This document shows positions 55,261 through 63,935 of a stretch of DNA of 64,000 bases, piece after piece (the first letter of the stretch is position 1; every line of letters begins with the position of its first letter). A model generated the notes under the pieces. That model ran no database searches. It was given only the letters and a program-made list of their open reading frames with translations, and was not told the DNA's origin. Source of the stretch: a virus (lineage: Duplodnaviria; Caudoviricetes); the IMG/VR virus record IMGVR_UViG_3300005077_000012, positions 1-64,000 of that record; one strand, written 5' to 3'. Position numbers and translations under genes: made by a program.

Positions 55261-58002
55261 TTAAATCCGGACCCACTGATCCGCTGCTTCTTTCCTGTAA
55301 CTCACCCCGGCGCGGGAACGCTGCGTCCCGATCGGGAGTGCTCCGCCCCGGTTGAGCTGCCAGTAGCGCTCCTCACGCTTGATACTCTTCGCGAGATCGT
55401 CCGGGAGCTCCTGCGACTTCTTCGCTTTCGCCTCACGGAACTTCTTCGCCACGAACGTCCCGGCGGCGTCAATGCTGGAGAACTCGCCCTGACTCTCCCC
55501 ACCACGCTCCACGGACACTTTACCGGAACCGTCGGTGTGCTTCTTCACGGACCACCACTCACCGTCAGGACCTTTTACTGTACCCGATGAATCTCCTTCC
55601 ATACTCTCAAGGATACCCTCGGCCTCGGCGGACAACCCGTCGTCCCCGGCAGGCTTCGCATCGGACTCATGTCTCTCTCCAGACGACACACCGTAGTTCT
55701 TCACATACTTCTCCACCGCCTCTTTAACAGTCTTTGACTGCGCCGTCGTCGAAAGGTAATGGAGCCGCTTTGTATCCGGGTCCTTATACCCCAGATCGAT
55801 CTGTCCGTGATTGGTCTTCCACCCCTTGATTGTATCCAGATTGATCTGAGGGTCTTTGACTCCCAGCTCCTTCAGCTTGTTTAAAATCGGACGTGCGTTA
55901 TACTTCGACCCACCACCAGCAGCGGGCTTGCCCTCTTTCACAGGCTCCCACTTCCCGGCAGCGACCTTCTTGTACTTCTTCCCCTTCCAGTCACGGATTG
56001 TCCCGGGCGGAAGTCCTCGGCCTTTGTTCAGCCAGACCACCGTGTCCTCCTTGCGCAGCTCCTCGATCGCCTTGCTCATGTCTTCCGTTTCGAGAAATTT
56101 TGCAGGCGTCTCTGCAACCTCAAGCTCCGCATCCGGAGTCGTCGTCCCCAGCCCGATATTCCGCTTCGCGTTCAACGTCAATTTCCACTCGTTCATAAAT
56201 TTCCTCGCCTTAAATAGTTTGCCCTGCCCTTCTGCCTCCATCGCAGCATCCCGGAGCTTCGACAGGTTTTTCTTCGCCTCTATATGTGTTTGTATCGCCT
56301 TCAGATCATCCGGATCAAGCTCCGACCGCAATGCCGCTTCAGGGACTTCCTTCCATCCCCCGGTCCTCGATGAATGATCATAGTACTCGGCCTCGACTTT
56401 GCCCTCGGCAGTCACCCGGTACCCATTCGCGTCCAGTATGTCCTTGATTGACTCAGGGTCCGCATCTGCCTTCGCCTGATCGTACCGCTCCTGCGCCGAC
56501 CCGCCGCGCTTCTTCTCCGCACGCTTCCCGGACTCATGCTTCTCGCGCTCGGCAGCCAGCTCCTTCTCCATCCGGGCCTTGTCATCCGCATCGCGCTTCG
56601 CCTGCGCTGCGTCGCGCTCGGCCTGCGCCTTCTTACCCGCCTCGTATTCCCCGGGAAGCTCGTCGATCCTCTTGCTGACCTTGTCCGCACCCTGCTTCTC
56701 GACGATCTTACCCAGCGCATTGATCGCCTTCTGCCTGCCCCCCAGCTCCCGGACAACCAGCATCCCGGTCTTCTTGTCAACCAGAGCGTACCCGGCCTTC
56801 CCGGACGGGAACGTCATGTCAAACCCCCAGAACTCCCGGTCAAGGTCCTTCACCTTCGCGGGTTTCATCGACGTACCCTCGGGGACCTTCACCACATTCC
56901 CCATGTGATCCGACACCTCGGTCGGGGCCTTCTCACCTTTCGCTGCGCCCTTGTCCGATTTCTTCACGGCAGCACCGGCCTGCTTGCTTGCCTCGGCAGC
57001 CCCGGCCACACCGCCGCCTTCGCTCGTCGCCTCGACGGTCTTCGCCGCGCCCTTGACGGCGGCCTCACCTTTGCCCGCAGCCTCTTTGATCCCACCCGCA
57101 ATGTCCTTAACCGAATCAGATATGCTCTGTGAACTCGACGTCGACGCCTGCTTCTTTAACCGCTCCAGCATCGCGTCCAGATTGGACTTGTCCTCACTGT
57201 CCGGCAGGTTCTTAATGTCCGACTTCAGCTTCTCATACGTCGCATCCCCGAGCTTCCCGCCCGTCTTCGGGGCCGCATCAGAATCACGCCCTCCCGTACG
57301 CACCGCCTTTACCGCAGCCTTCACCTGCTCATCAGAGGCCCCGGGCTTCAACTTCCCCGTAATTTTGTTAAGTGTATCCACGTCGAGTCCGATATAGTCA
57401 TTGCTCGCAGAATCCTCCGCGCTCCACGCCCGCATAACACGGTTCTCCAAAACCGTCTTTTCACCTTTATCCATCTGGGGCTCCCCAGCCTGCGCATCAC
57501 CTTCAGGCTCGCCCTTCGCTGCACCCTTGCCACTCTTCACGCGCACCCAGCCGGTGTCTCCCTTGCGGTACTTCTTTCCCTTCCATTCCCGGATAGTCCC
57601 GACCGGCAACGCCTTCCCCTTCTCCAGAGACTCCAGCTCTCGCAGACTCTTCGCTGCACTCTCCATCCTATCAAGACGGGTGTAATAGTCCGGTATCTCG
57701 GCCAGATGATCCCGCGCAATCTTCTCGGCCAGCTTCGGGTCATCGGTGTGCTCGGCCTCGACCTCGATCCCACGCTTCAACTGCTCCGGGTCCGGGCTCG
57801 TCTTCGCGGTCTGACTCCGGCCCTTACCAATGAAAGACCCCAGAATCGCATAGATCATCTCCTCGACCCCGTGCTTGTTCCACCCATGCGCCTCGGCCCA
57901 CTCATGGACCTCGTAGTCCTCCGGCTTCGGGTTCTCACTCAAGAATCGCTCAACCTGCAGCCTGCTCGGGCGTGCCTTATCGAGTTTTTGTACGCGTATC
58001 AT
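55261..58002 (-). CDS. Large Lys/Ala-rich head-associated protein with DUF5661-like N-terminal domain and three tag modules
   Basis: G..VE.EH..D...A.KIA.DHL.E.PDYY.RL motif (family recalled from memory); three P.GT modules. Confidence 0.65.
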   Translation of the reverse strand: MIRVQKLDKARPSRLQVERFLSENPKPEDYEVHEWAEAHGWNKHGVEEMIYAILGSFIGKGRSQTAKTSPDPEQLKRGIEVEAEHTDDPKLAEKIARDHLAEIPDYYTRLDRMESAAKSLRELESLEKGKALPVGTIREWKGKKYRKGDTGWVRVKSGKGAAKGEPEGDAQAGEPQMDKGEKTVLENRVMRAWSAEDSASNDYIGLDVDTLNKITGKLKPGASDEQVKAAVKAVRTGGRDSDAAPKTGGKLGDATYEKLKSDIKNLPDSEDKSNLDAMLERLKKQASTSSSQSISDSVKDIAGGIKEAAGKGEAAVKGAAKTVEATSEGGGVAGAAEASKQAGAAVKKSDKGAAKGEKAPTEVSDHMGNVVKVPEGTSMKPAKVKDLDREFWGFDMTFPSGKAGYALVDKKTGMLVVRELGGRQKAINALGKIVEKQGADKVSKRIDELPGEYEAGKKAQAERDAAQAKRDADDKARMEKELAAEREKHESGKRAEKKRGGSAQERYDQAKADADPESIKDILDANGYRVTAEGKVEAEYYDHSSRTGGWKEVPEAALRSELDPDDLKAIQTHIEAKKNLSKLRDAAMEAEGQGKLFKARKFMNEWKLTLNAKRNIGLGTTTPDAELEVAETPAKFLETEDMSKAIEELRKEDTVVWLNKGRGLPPGTIRDWKGKKYKKVAAGKWEPVKEGKPAAGGGSKYNARPILNKLKELGVKDPQINLDTIKGWKTNHGQIDLGYKDPDTKRLHYLSTTAQSKTVKEAVEKYVKNYGVSSGERHESDAKPAGDDGLSAEAEGILESMEGDSSGTVKGPDGEWWSVKKHTDGSGKVSVERGGESQGEFSSIDAAGTFVAKKFREAKAKKSQELPDDLAKSIKREERYWQLNRGGALPIGTQRSRAGVSYRKEAADQWVRI

Positions 58003-58240
58003 GTTTCTTGCCTCGCTTTGATTTTTTCATGCTTGAACCTGTATGACTAACGAGTGCCAGAACCTCCGGGATCGGAGAGCACCTGAGACACCCGTAAATA
58101 TAATTCCCAACACCGCCATGCCACGGACCAACTTCCACCCTGAACATCCACTCCCAGCGGAACGAACGCTCACACAACACACACCGTCTCCTCCGAAACG
58201 TGAACACCCTGTGCACCCGGGTCGGCCCACCAGCACGCAC
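57977..58240 (-). CDS. Small CxxC-containing hypothetical protein
   Basis: CVLC...CLRC; start uncertain. Confidence 0.4.
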   Translation of the reverse strand: MRAGGPTRVHRVFTFRRRRCVLCERSFRWEWMFRVEVGPWHGGVGNYIYGCLRCSPIPEVLALVSHTGSSMKKSKRGKKHDTRTKTR

Positions 58241-58506
58241 TACAGGACCTCCATCAATATCCCGCAGTACTGACCCACGTACAGCTCGCGCTCCACCGGT
58301 CCCTCGAACGGGCTATCGTACGTCAAGACCCGCTGCTTGTCCGACTCGACAAGGTCCTCGGGCCCGACCTGATCCCCATCCACATCACAATTCGCTCCGA
58401 CATAAAACGCATCCGGGTCCAGCGTCTCATACCATGCACCCATCCCGATCAGCGTGCGATTTTCCTCGATACCGCGCCAGTACTCCACAATGTTATACGC
58501 CATCAC
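58240..58506 (-). CDS. Hypothetical protein
   Basis: 88 aa acidic ORF with overlapping start/stop coupling. Confidence 0.6.
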   Translation of the reverse strand: MMAYNIVEYWRGIEENRTLIGMGAWYETLDPDAFYVGANCDVDGDQVGPEDLVESDKQRVLTYDSPFEGPVERELYVGQYCGILMEVL

Positions 58507-60536
58507 CGCAACTCCCGCATTATAGTCTGATAGATCGTCTCGAAGTGTCCGTTCCAGATCGCTCCACCCTGATCGTACTTCATGAAATTGGCCTTGAACT
58601 TCTTCATGCCTTCAACCCCGTCCTTCTGGACGACCTGATTTTCAAGGAACCGCTTTTTCTGTTCAGGCTTCAGCTTGTATACATACTGCAGGTTGTCCCG
58701 TATATGCTGATCAGTCTCCGGCGTCGTCTTATATCCCCGGGCAAGGAACTTGAACGACCTGAGCGTATAGCGCGGAGAGTGTGGTAACATCTTCGGATTG
58801 CAGAACTCCAGCGTCTTGCCCTCCAGTGCCGAGAGACCCTTCCCGGTCGCATCAATCATCACCCCGGTCAACGGGTCCAACTGCAGCGAGTTGATCGTGA
58901 AGTCCCGGGACTCAGCGTCGCCCTTCAGCCGCCAGCCCTTGACCTGCCACGATGGAACGTCGTCAGAGTGTTTGTGGACCGGCGTGATATCCACATCGAC
59001 CCCGGCGTCCTTGATAGTCACCAACCCCAGCCGGTCATTCAACGACCACGTATTCGCCCACGCCGGATTGAGTCCCTTGACTATGTGCTGCAGCTCGCCG
59101 TCAGAGCAGTTCGCAATGAAGTCAACATCCTTCGAGTCCCCGCCCTGCAGGAAGTCCCGGACGGTCCCACCCACGATCGTCAACGTGAACCCGGCAGCCT
59201 TGAACGTCTCACACAGCTTCCGGTACGTCACCTTCGATTTACCAATACGCGTCTCCATGACCTTCGCCACCGACGCGGCCATCTCCCCAGAGATATGAAA
59301 CAGGTTTTTATCTTCCAAACCATCATACAGCGAGTGCTCCTGTATTACCCCGTCAGGCTTAACGTTCTGCCAGCGTGAGTCGATCACCCGGCCATCGCTC
59401 ATCTTGATCAGTGCAGTTCCCTTGTTCCCCAGAGCAACCAGCTTCCCACGCTGACCGGAATACTTCTGGTGCCCCTGCCCGGTATAGACCACACTCTGCC
59501 CCTCGATCATCCGGTCCCGACGCGTGGTATCCTTTATCAACTGCTGCGCGGCCCCGGCGGCCACATCCTGCAGCTTCCCCACCTTGACACTGACCGCATG
59601 GTCCTGTAGCGCCTGCGCCGCTGCCTTGTTCTGCGCCGGTGTCGGGGCCTTCGCGCCCGGGTTTACCACACCGTCGTACAGCCACTTCCCGTCTGCACCC
59701 TTCTTGTACCAATAGTTCCCGTACTGCTTGCGTGTCCCGATCGGATCGCCGCCCTTCTGCATTTCGAGATATTTTGCAGGCCCGAACCGCATCGTCCTGA
59801 AATTAAACAAAGGGACCATCATCCCGATCCCCTTCGATAGATCATCCAGATCATCAGCACTCTTCTTGTACCCCAGCCGCTCGCTCAGGGCTTCCTTCGC
59901 GGCCTGCTTGCGCTGCGCATCCCGCTCAGCCCACTGCGAACCCTTTGCGCTCTCGTCCGGGCCCTTCGCCGGAGCTTCGCCATCCTTCACCTTAACAATC
60001 TTCACCGCGCCCTTGATCGACTGGACGTTCCCCTGACCTTCCGGGGCTTCAGGATTGAAACGGGTCTGCCACTGCATCGCGAACTTGCCATCCCGGGAAT
60101 ACAGCCGCTTCTGCTCATGGTCCAGACGCCCACCCCGGAACAACTTCCGGGACTCGTCCCCCAGCTCGCCCATCGCCTCCTCAAACCGGTGCGACAGCTT
60201 CGCAGGCGTGTTCACGTACGCCGTCGCCATGTCTTCCTTGTCCTCAGTGGACATCTCCCCGGACGACGGGTCCCCGGGCTTGTCCGATCCACCCCCGGGA
60301 CGCTCGGCACCCTTTTCCTTCCCAGCACCCAGCGGGGACCACTGCCCCTCGGCAACCTTCCGATACTTTGTTCCACCCCAATCAGCAACGGTCCCGACAG
60401 GCATCCGCTTGCCCGCCTTCACGAACGCCTCCGCGTCAACGCAGTTAACCCCGTGGTACACAGGGCCAGACAGGTCGTCTATCATTTCGAGAATTTTTGC
60501 AGGTGCCACAACCGGAAAGTCTAATATTCGTGCCAT
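58503..60536 (-). CDS. Head-associated class II (CCA/poly(A) polymerase-type) nucleotidyltransferase
   Basis: IVGGTVRDFL...KDVDF, DAESRDFTINSL, PRYTLRSFKF; two tag modules and a KOW-like segment upstream. Confidence 0.85.
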   Translation of the reverse strand: MARILDFPVVAPAKILEMIDDLSGPVYHGVNCVDAEAFVKAGKRMPVGTVADWGGTKYRKVAEGQWSPLGAGKEKGAERPGGGSDKPGDPSSGEMSTEDKEDMATAYVNTPAKLSHRFEEAMGELGDESRKLFRGGRLDHEQKRLYSRDGKFAMQWQTRFNPEAPEGQGNVQSIKGAVKIVKVKDGEAPAKGPDESAKGSQWAERDAQRKQAAKEALSERLGYKKSADDLDDLSKGIGMMVPLFNFRTMRFGPAKYLEMQKGGDPIGTRKQYGNYWYKKGADGKWLYDGVVNPGAKAPTPAQNKAAAQALQDHAVSVKVGKLQDVAAGAAQQLIKDTTRRDRMIEGQSVVYTGQGHQKYSGQRGKLVALGNKGTALIKMSDGRVIDSRWQNVKPDGVIQEHSLYDGLEDKNLFHISGEMAASVAKVMETRIGKSKVTYRKLCETFKAAGFTLTIVGGTVRDFLQGGDSKDVDFIANCSDGELQHIVKGLNPAWANTWSLNDRLGLVTIKDAGVDVDITPVHKHSDDVPSWQVKGWRLKGDAESRDFTINSLQLDPLTGVMIDATGKGLSALEGKTLEFCNPKMLPHSPRYTLRSFKFLARGYKTTPETDQHIRDNLQYVYKLKPEQKKRFLENQVVQKDGVEGMKKFKANFMKYDQGGAIWNGHFETIYQTIMRELR

Positions 60537-60640
60537 AAAATACCCACCACTAACCTACAGAACTGATACATCACCAGAATGAAAAACAGCGTGCCAATCA
60601 CCAGCATATAAATACGGTCGCGATCAGGACGGTTCCACAT
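60521..60640 (-). CDS. 39-aa membrane peptide (not in ORF track)
   Basis: MWNRPDRDRIYMLVIGTLFFILVMYQFCRLVVGILWHEY fills the portal-NTase gap; weak RBS. Confidence 0.4.
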   Translation of the reverse strand: MWNRPDRDRIYMLVIGTLFFILVMYQFCRLVVGILWHEY

Positions 60641-60647
60641 ACGCAGG

Positions 60648-62231
60648 TCACTGGACGATTATACGCAGGACGCGCTCGTCTCCCATTGACTTCTCAAACG
60701 CGGCCCGCCAGTCTTCTCCGGGCTCCTGCCCATCTTCAGCACCATCGCCACCCGGCTCTCCGCCGTCCCCCGGCAGCATCTCCTCACCGGGGACGCCTCC
60801 AGCTTCCGGAAGAGCTCCCTCATCTCCGCCATCGTCAGGCGCGCCTCCGGGCCCCCCCATCGTCTCGGCCTGCTTCGACTGTGCGTATATCTGAACAGCC
60901 TGCGGATTGAGAACAACATTCGCGTAATCGTCTTCGATCGGATCATCACCGTCCTCCTCCCGCAGCTCATTGATAGTCTTCGTTGTCTCGATCATCTGCC
61001 GCCGTATCTGCATCCGCTGGAGCTCGTCTTCCCGCTCGATCCCGGTGAACTCAAACGACCACTCCGTCGTGACCTTGCGTATGATCTTACCGACGTGCTG
61101 CTCAGCGAACGCCAGCAGTGAACTCAGGCCGCGATCCCGGGACGCCTTAATCCTCGGCTCCCCACTCTCCCCGATGATCGACTGACTGTCATCCGCCTTG
61201 ATCCCGATCTCAGCAAGGTCGATCGAGAACACCGCACCGATAACCGACGACAGGAACATCATGAGCTTGTGATATTCCATGTCCCGGTTCGACTGCCCGA
61301 GATTTTTGAAGTCCATGCCGACGCCCTCTTTCCCGCTCGGCAGGATCGGGATATTCCACGCTCCCCCGGCCCCGCTCATGGCCGCGTACCAGTACCGGCG
61401 GATTGAGTCCATCTGCGTCTGCCCGATGTCCCCCATTACCGATATGAACCCCTTCGGCACCCGGTCCCGGACGAGCTGGTCCCGGATGTAGTTATACCCG
61501 AACAGCAGCGTCGTGATCAGGTCAATGCACTGCTCAACCGGAGAGTAACCCCAGCCACGGAACCGCAGGTCCACCCGCTTGTTCTTGTAGTCGAACAGCA
61601 GGTCCTCGGACGTGTACTGGTTGTAAATTTTGTTGTCGATCTCTTGAACGAACCTGATGTCCTTCTTGAATGGACTCTGGTCCACCTCGGTAGTCACGCG
61701 CTTGATGTACGCCCCGTCCAGCAACCAGAACGCGATCGCCTCGCCCTTCCGGTTGTACTGTATCTCGGTCGCCACCTGATCGATGACCAGCGTCTCCCGG
61801 ATCAGCATCGACAGGTAGTCGCTGAAGTCGTCCTCGCGGTCTGCATCATACTTGAACCCGGTCTGATCTATGAAGTTATGCAGCTCCCGGATCAGGGCCT
61901 GATCCCCCTTGACCGACTCCTTCCCGTCCCCGTCCATCGTCCGGATCAAATGAAACCCGCGCTTGCCACGCTCCTCGGTGAACTTCGTGAACGGCAGGCA
62001 CTGGTCGATCCGTGCGTTGACGATTGCGTTGATCAGCGGAATACGGTCCACGGTGTTGCGGATCGTAATGTAATTTATTCGGAGCAGCTTCTCCCGGACT
62101 CCCCGGAGTGCCCCTGACTGGACGAACGACATATACTCGGGCATACTCAGCAGTGATTGGAGCTTCGCTGCAGTCGCCTCCATGTTGATCAAGGCCGACC
62201 GCCTCTCTCCACGCTTCGTACGCTTCGCCAT
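60648..62231 (-). CDS. Portal protein
   Basis: RETLVIDQVATE, GWGYSP.EQ, P.G.IS, MDF..L.QSNRDMEY motifs; ATG 62231 preferred because the promoter overlaps 62282. Confidence 0.9.
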   Translation of the reverse strand: MAKRTKRGERRSALINMEATAAKLQSLLSMPEYMSFVQSGALRGVREKLLRINYITIRNTVDRIPLINAIVNARIDQCLPFTKFTEERGKRGFHLIRTMDGDGKESVKGDQALIRELHNFIDQTGFKYDADREDDFSDYLSMLIRETLVIDQVATEIQYNRKGEAIAFWLLDGAYIKRVTTEVDQSPFKKDIRFVQEIDNKIYNQYTSEDLLFDYKNKRVDLRFRGWGYSPVEQCIDLITTLLFGYNYIRDQLVRDRVPKGFISVMGDIGQTQMDSIRRYWYAAMSGAGGAWNIPILPSGKEGVGMDFKNLGQSNRDMEYHKLMMFLSSVIGAVFSIDLAEIGIKADDSQSIIGESGEPRIKASRDRGLSSLLAFAEQHVGKIIRKVTTEWSFEFTGIEREDELQRMQIRRQMIETTKTINELREEDGDDPIEDDYANVVLNPQAVQIYAQSKQAETMGGPGGAPDDGGDEGALPEAGGVPGEEMLPGDGGEPGGDGAEDGQEPGEDWRAAFEKSMGDERVLRIIVQ

Positions 62232-62284
62232 TCGTTTCTCCGATGTGTGTGTAGTGTGTGAGCCTTCCCTCTCTCTCACCATCT

Positions 62285-62313
62285 ATAATATATTATGTCG
62301 CCTGAAAAAGCAA
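62285..62313 (-). promoter_or_regulatory. Sigma70-type promoter upstream of portal
   Basis: TTGCTT (62308-62313), 17 bp, TATTAT (62285-62290) in an AT-rich patch. Confidence 0.55.
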
Positions 62314-62457
62314 GTACTTTTTCTGTACGCGCCGTTCCACCACCTGCACCTATATAATAACGAGAGCGATACAACCACGTATCGCCCCCTACTGACCCAC
62401 CCATGAGACACAATACCCCTTGTGTCTCACATACCGTCCCCCGTGAGACGCAATCCG

Positions 62458-62664
62458 TCACGTACAGACCGGGGACGACGTCACCACGTATCCCGGGCTG
62501 CATCGCCAGCACTCCGTCACGGTCGGACTGTACACGGAACCGCACCGGGGGCACTGCCACCCGAACTGCAGCGGCACCGACGGCACCCTGTTCTTACAGG
62601 GCCAGCACACCCCGTCCACGTCCGCGCTCGTCAATTCCTTCCCGCATATCCTACACCCTGACAT
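62458..62664 (-). CDS. Small Zn-finger protein
   Basis: CRIC...CWPC...GWQCPRCG..YSP....C..C; GGAGG RBS. Confidence 0.65.
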   Translation of the reverse strand: MSGCRICGKELTSADVDGVCWPCKNRVPSVPLQFGWQCPRCGSVYSPTVTECWRCSPGYVVTSSPVCT

Positions 62665-62691
62665 CACTTCCCTCCGCGCCCGCATACCCGA
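62661..62691. repeat. Imperfect direct repeat with 63723-63748, flanking the methylase cassette
   Basis: CATCACT(T/C)CCCTCC plus CCCGCATACCCGA present at both sites. Confidence 0.7.
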
Positions 62692-62732
62692 TAGTAATTC
62701 TCGTTGTATAACCTTCTGACTTAATTTGTTTT

Positions 62733-63530
62733 TTAATTTTTACGCACTTGACTCGTCATCCGTGCCTCGCAAGCCGTCTTAATGCGCTCTTCCGCAATTT
62801 CAAAATACTTATACTCTTTCTCTATTCCGATAAATCCCCTGCTTGTATTGACACAAGCAACACCGGTTGAACCGCTCCCCATTGCATTATCTAAAACACA
62901 GTCATTATCCATCGAATAAGTTCGGATGAGATATTCTAAAAGCTCAACTGGCTTTTGCGTAGGATGGACTGGTGGGTGGGGCACTGGAAATTTTAATAGA
63001 GTTCTCGGATATTTTATATTGTCCACCAGATTCCCGTTTACATTTGTTCGCCTGCCCTGTGTAGAACCATCAAACACTTTACCCTTTGATTTTCCGATTG
63101 AATGACTCGGTTCCCCATACCTCTCCATAATCGGATTATACTTTTTTGCCATAAACACAGAGATACACTCAATATTTCTCATCGGCTGTTTTTTAGCATT
63201 AAGAAAATTACTTGCCCTATCTCTCTGCCAATACCAGTCATATTTGTAATCTTTTATGTTACTCATTCGTGTAGCTGACGCAAATGGCTCGCCACCAAAA
63301 AGGACAACCGCACCTCCGTCTTTAATTATTCGTTTGTAGTTTTTCCATAGCAATTCAAACGGAATAACAACGTCCCACTTACACGCAGTTTTTCCATACG
63401 GTAAATCAGCCAATACCATATCAATACTTTTATCCGGTATTGACGGCATAATCTCCAAACAATCGCCGCGATATAACTGTATTTTTTTCATGTCGCTCAT
63501 ACATTTGCACATTACATTTTTACACTCCAT
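62733..63530 (-). CDS. Orphan N6-adenine/N4-cytosine DNA methyltransferase (beta class)
   Basis: Catalytic DLPY before HPTQKP..L and SAM-binding LDNAMGSGST; strongly AT-rich versus flanks. Confidence 0.9.
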   Translation of the reverse strand: MECKNVMCKCMSDMKKIQLYRGDCLEIMPSIPDKSIDMVLADLPYGKTACKWDVVIPFELLWKNYKRIIKDGGAVVLFGGEPFASATRMSNIKDYKYDWYWQRDRASNFLNAKKQPMRNIECISVFMAKKYNPIMERYGEPSHSIGKSKGKVFDGSTQGRRTNVNGNLVDNIKYPRTLLKFPVPHPPVHPTQKPVELLEYLIRTYSMDNDCVLDNAMGSGSTGVACVNTSRGFIGIEKEYKYFEIAEERIKTACEARMTSQVRKN

Positions 63531-63726
63531 CACTTCCCTCCAGCCACCGCCTTTGATACCTATCCGGGAACTTCACACCGCGCTTCCGCTCGATATCCGC
63601 CATACGAAAATACCCGTATGACGGAACGCCCGCAGTTTTCGGAACAATGTTATATAAAGCACACTGATCCCCCACAGCAACCCTGAGATAGTAATCATAC
63701 TTATCGTCACTATGGACTCTCGTCAT
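63520..63726 (-). CDS. Hypothetical protein
   Basis: 68 aa, GGAGG RBS, TGATG coupling. Confidence 0.6.
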   Translation of the reverse strand: MTRVHSDDKYDYYLRVAVGDQCALYNIVPKTAGVPSYGYFRMADIERKRGVKFPDRYQRRWLEGSDGV

Positions 63727-63935
63727 CACTCCCCTCCCGCATACCCGAACGCTAAAAAACCCCCGTCATACTTGTTCCCACACGCCCGGAGCTCAAACTC
63801 TTTGCCCCCCTTCGTTATGACATACAGCTCGCCATTCCCGAAGTCAACGTATCTGATCTTATCCGCACCTATAAACTCCCCGAACTCCTGCAACTGCTCC
63901 CTGTGCCGATCGGACCCCGCGTTCTCAATTACCAT
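63726..63935 (-). CDS. Hypothetical protein
   Basis: 69 aa, GGAGG RBS, TGATG coupling. Confidence 0.6.
   Translation of the reverse strand: MVIENAGSDRHREQLQEFGEFIGADKIRYVDFGNGELYVITKGGKEFELRACGNKYDGGFLAFGYAGGE

Larger units (their letters stand above)
2116..60501. repeat. Dispersed 17-bp motif TGC-W7-CT(ATAG/CGAA)A, 16 copies
   Basis: + strand: 2116, 7348, 13817, 21868, 47487; - strand (left coordinate): 24056, 25424, 26062, 28466, 39518, 41329, 50647, 54423, 56088, 59762, 60485. Confidence 0.85.

Noticed and set aside
58503-60536. CBASS/cGAS-like or other defence-island cyclase
   Set aside because: The motifs (GG.VRD, RDFTIN) are class II CCA/PAP type, not CD-NTase, and there are no effector genes of known defence systems nearby
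62276-62560. 94-aa ORF upstream of portal
   Set aside because: It overlaps the Zn-finger gene and the portal promoter, and has no RBS or motif
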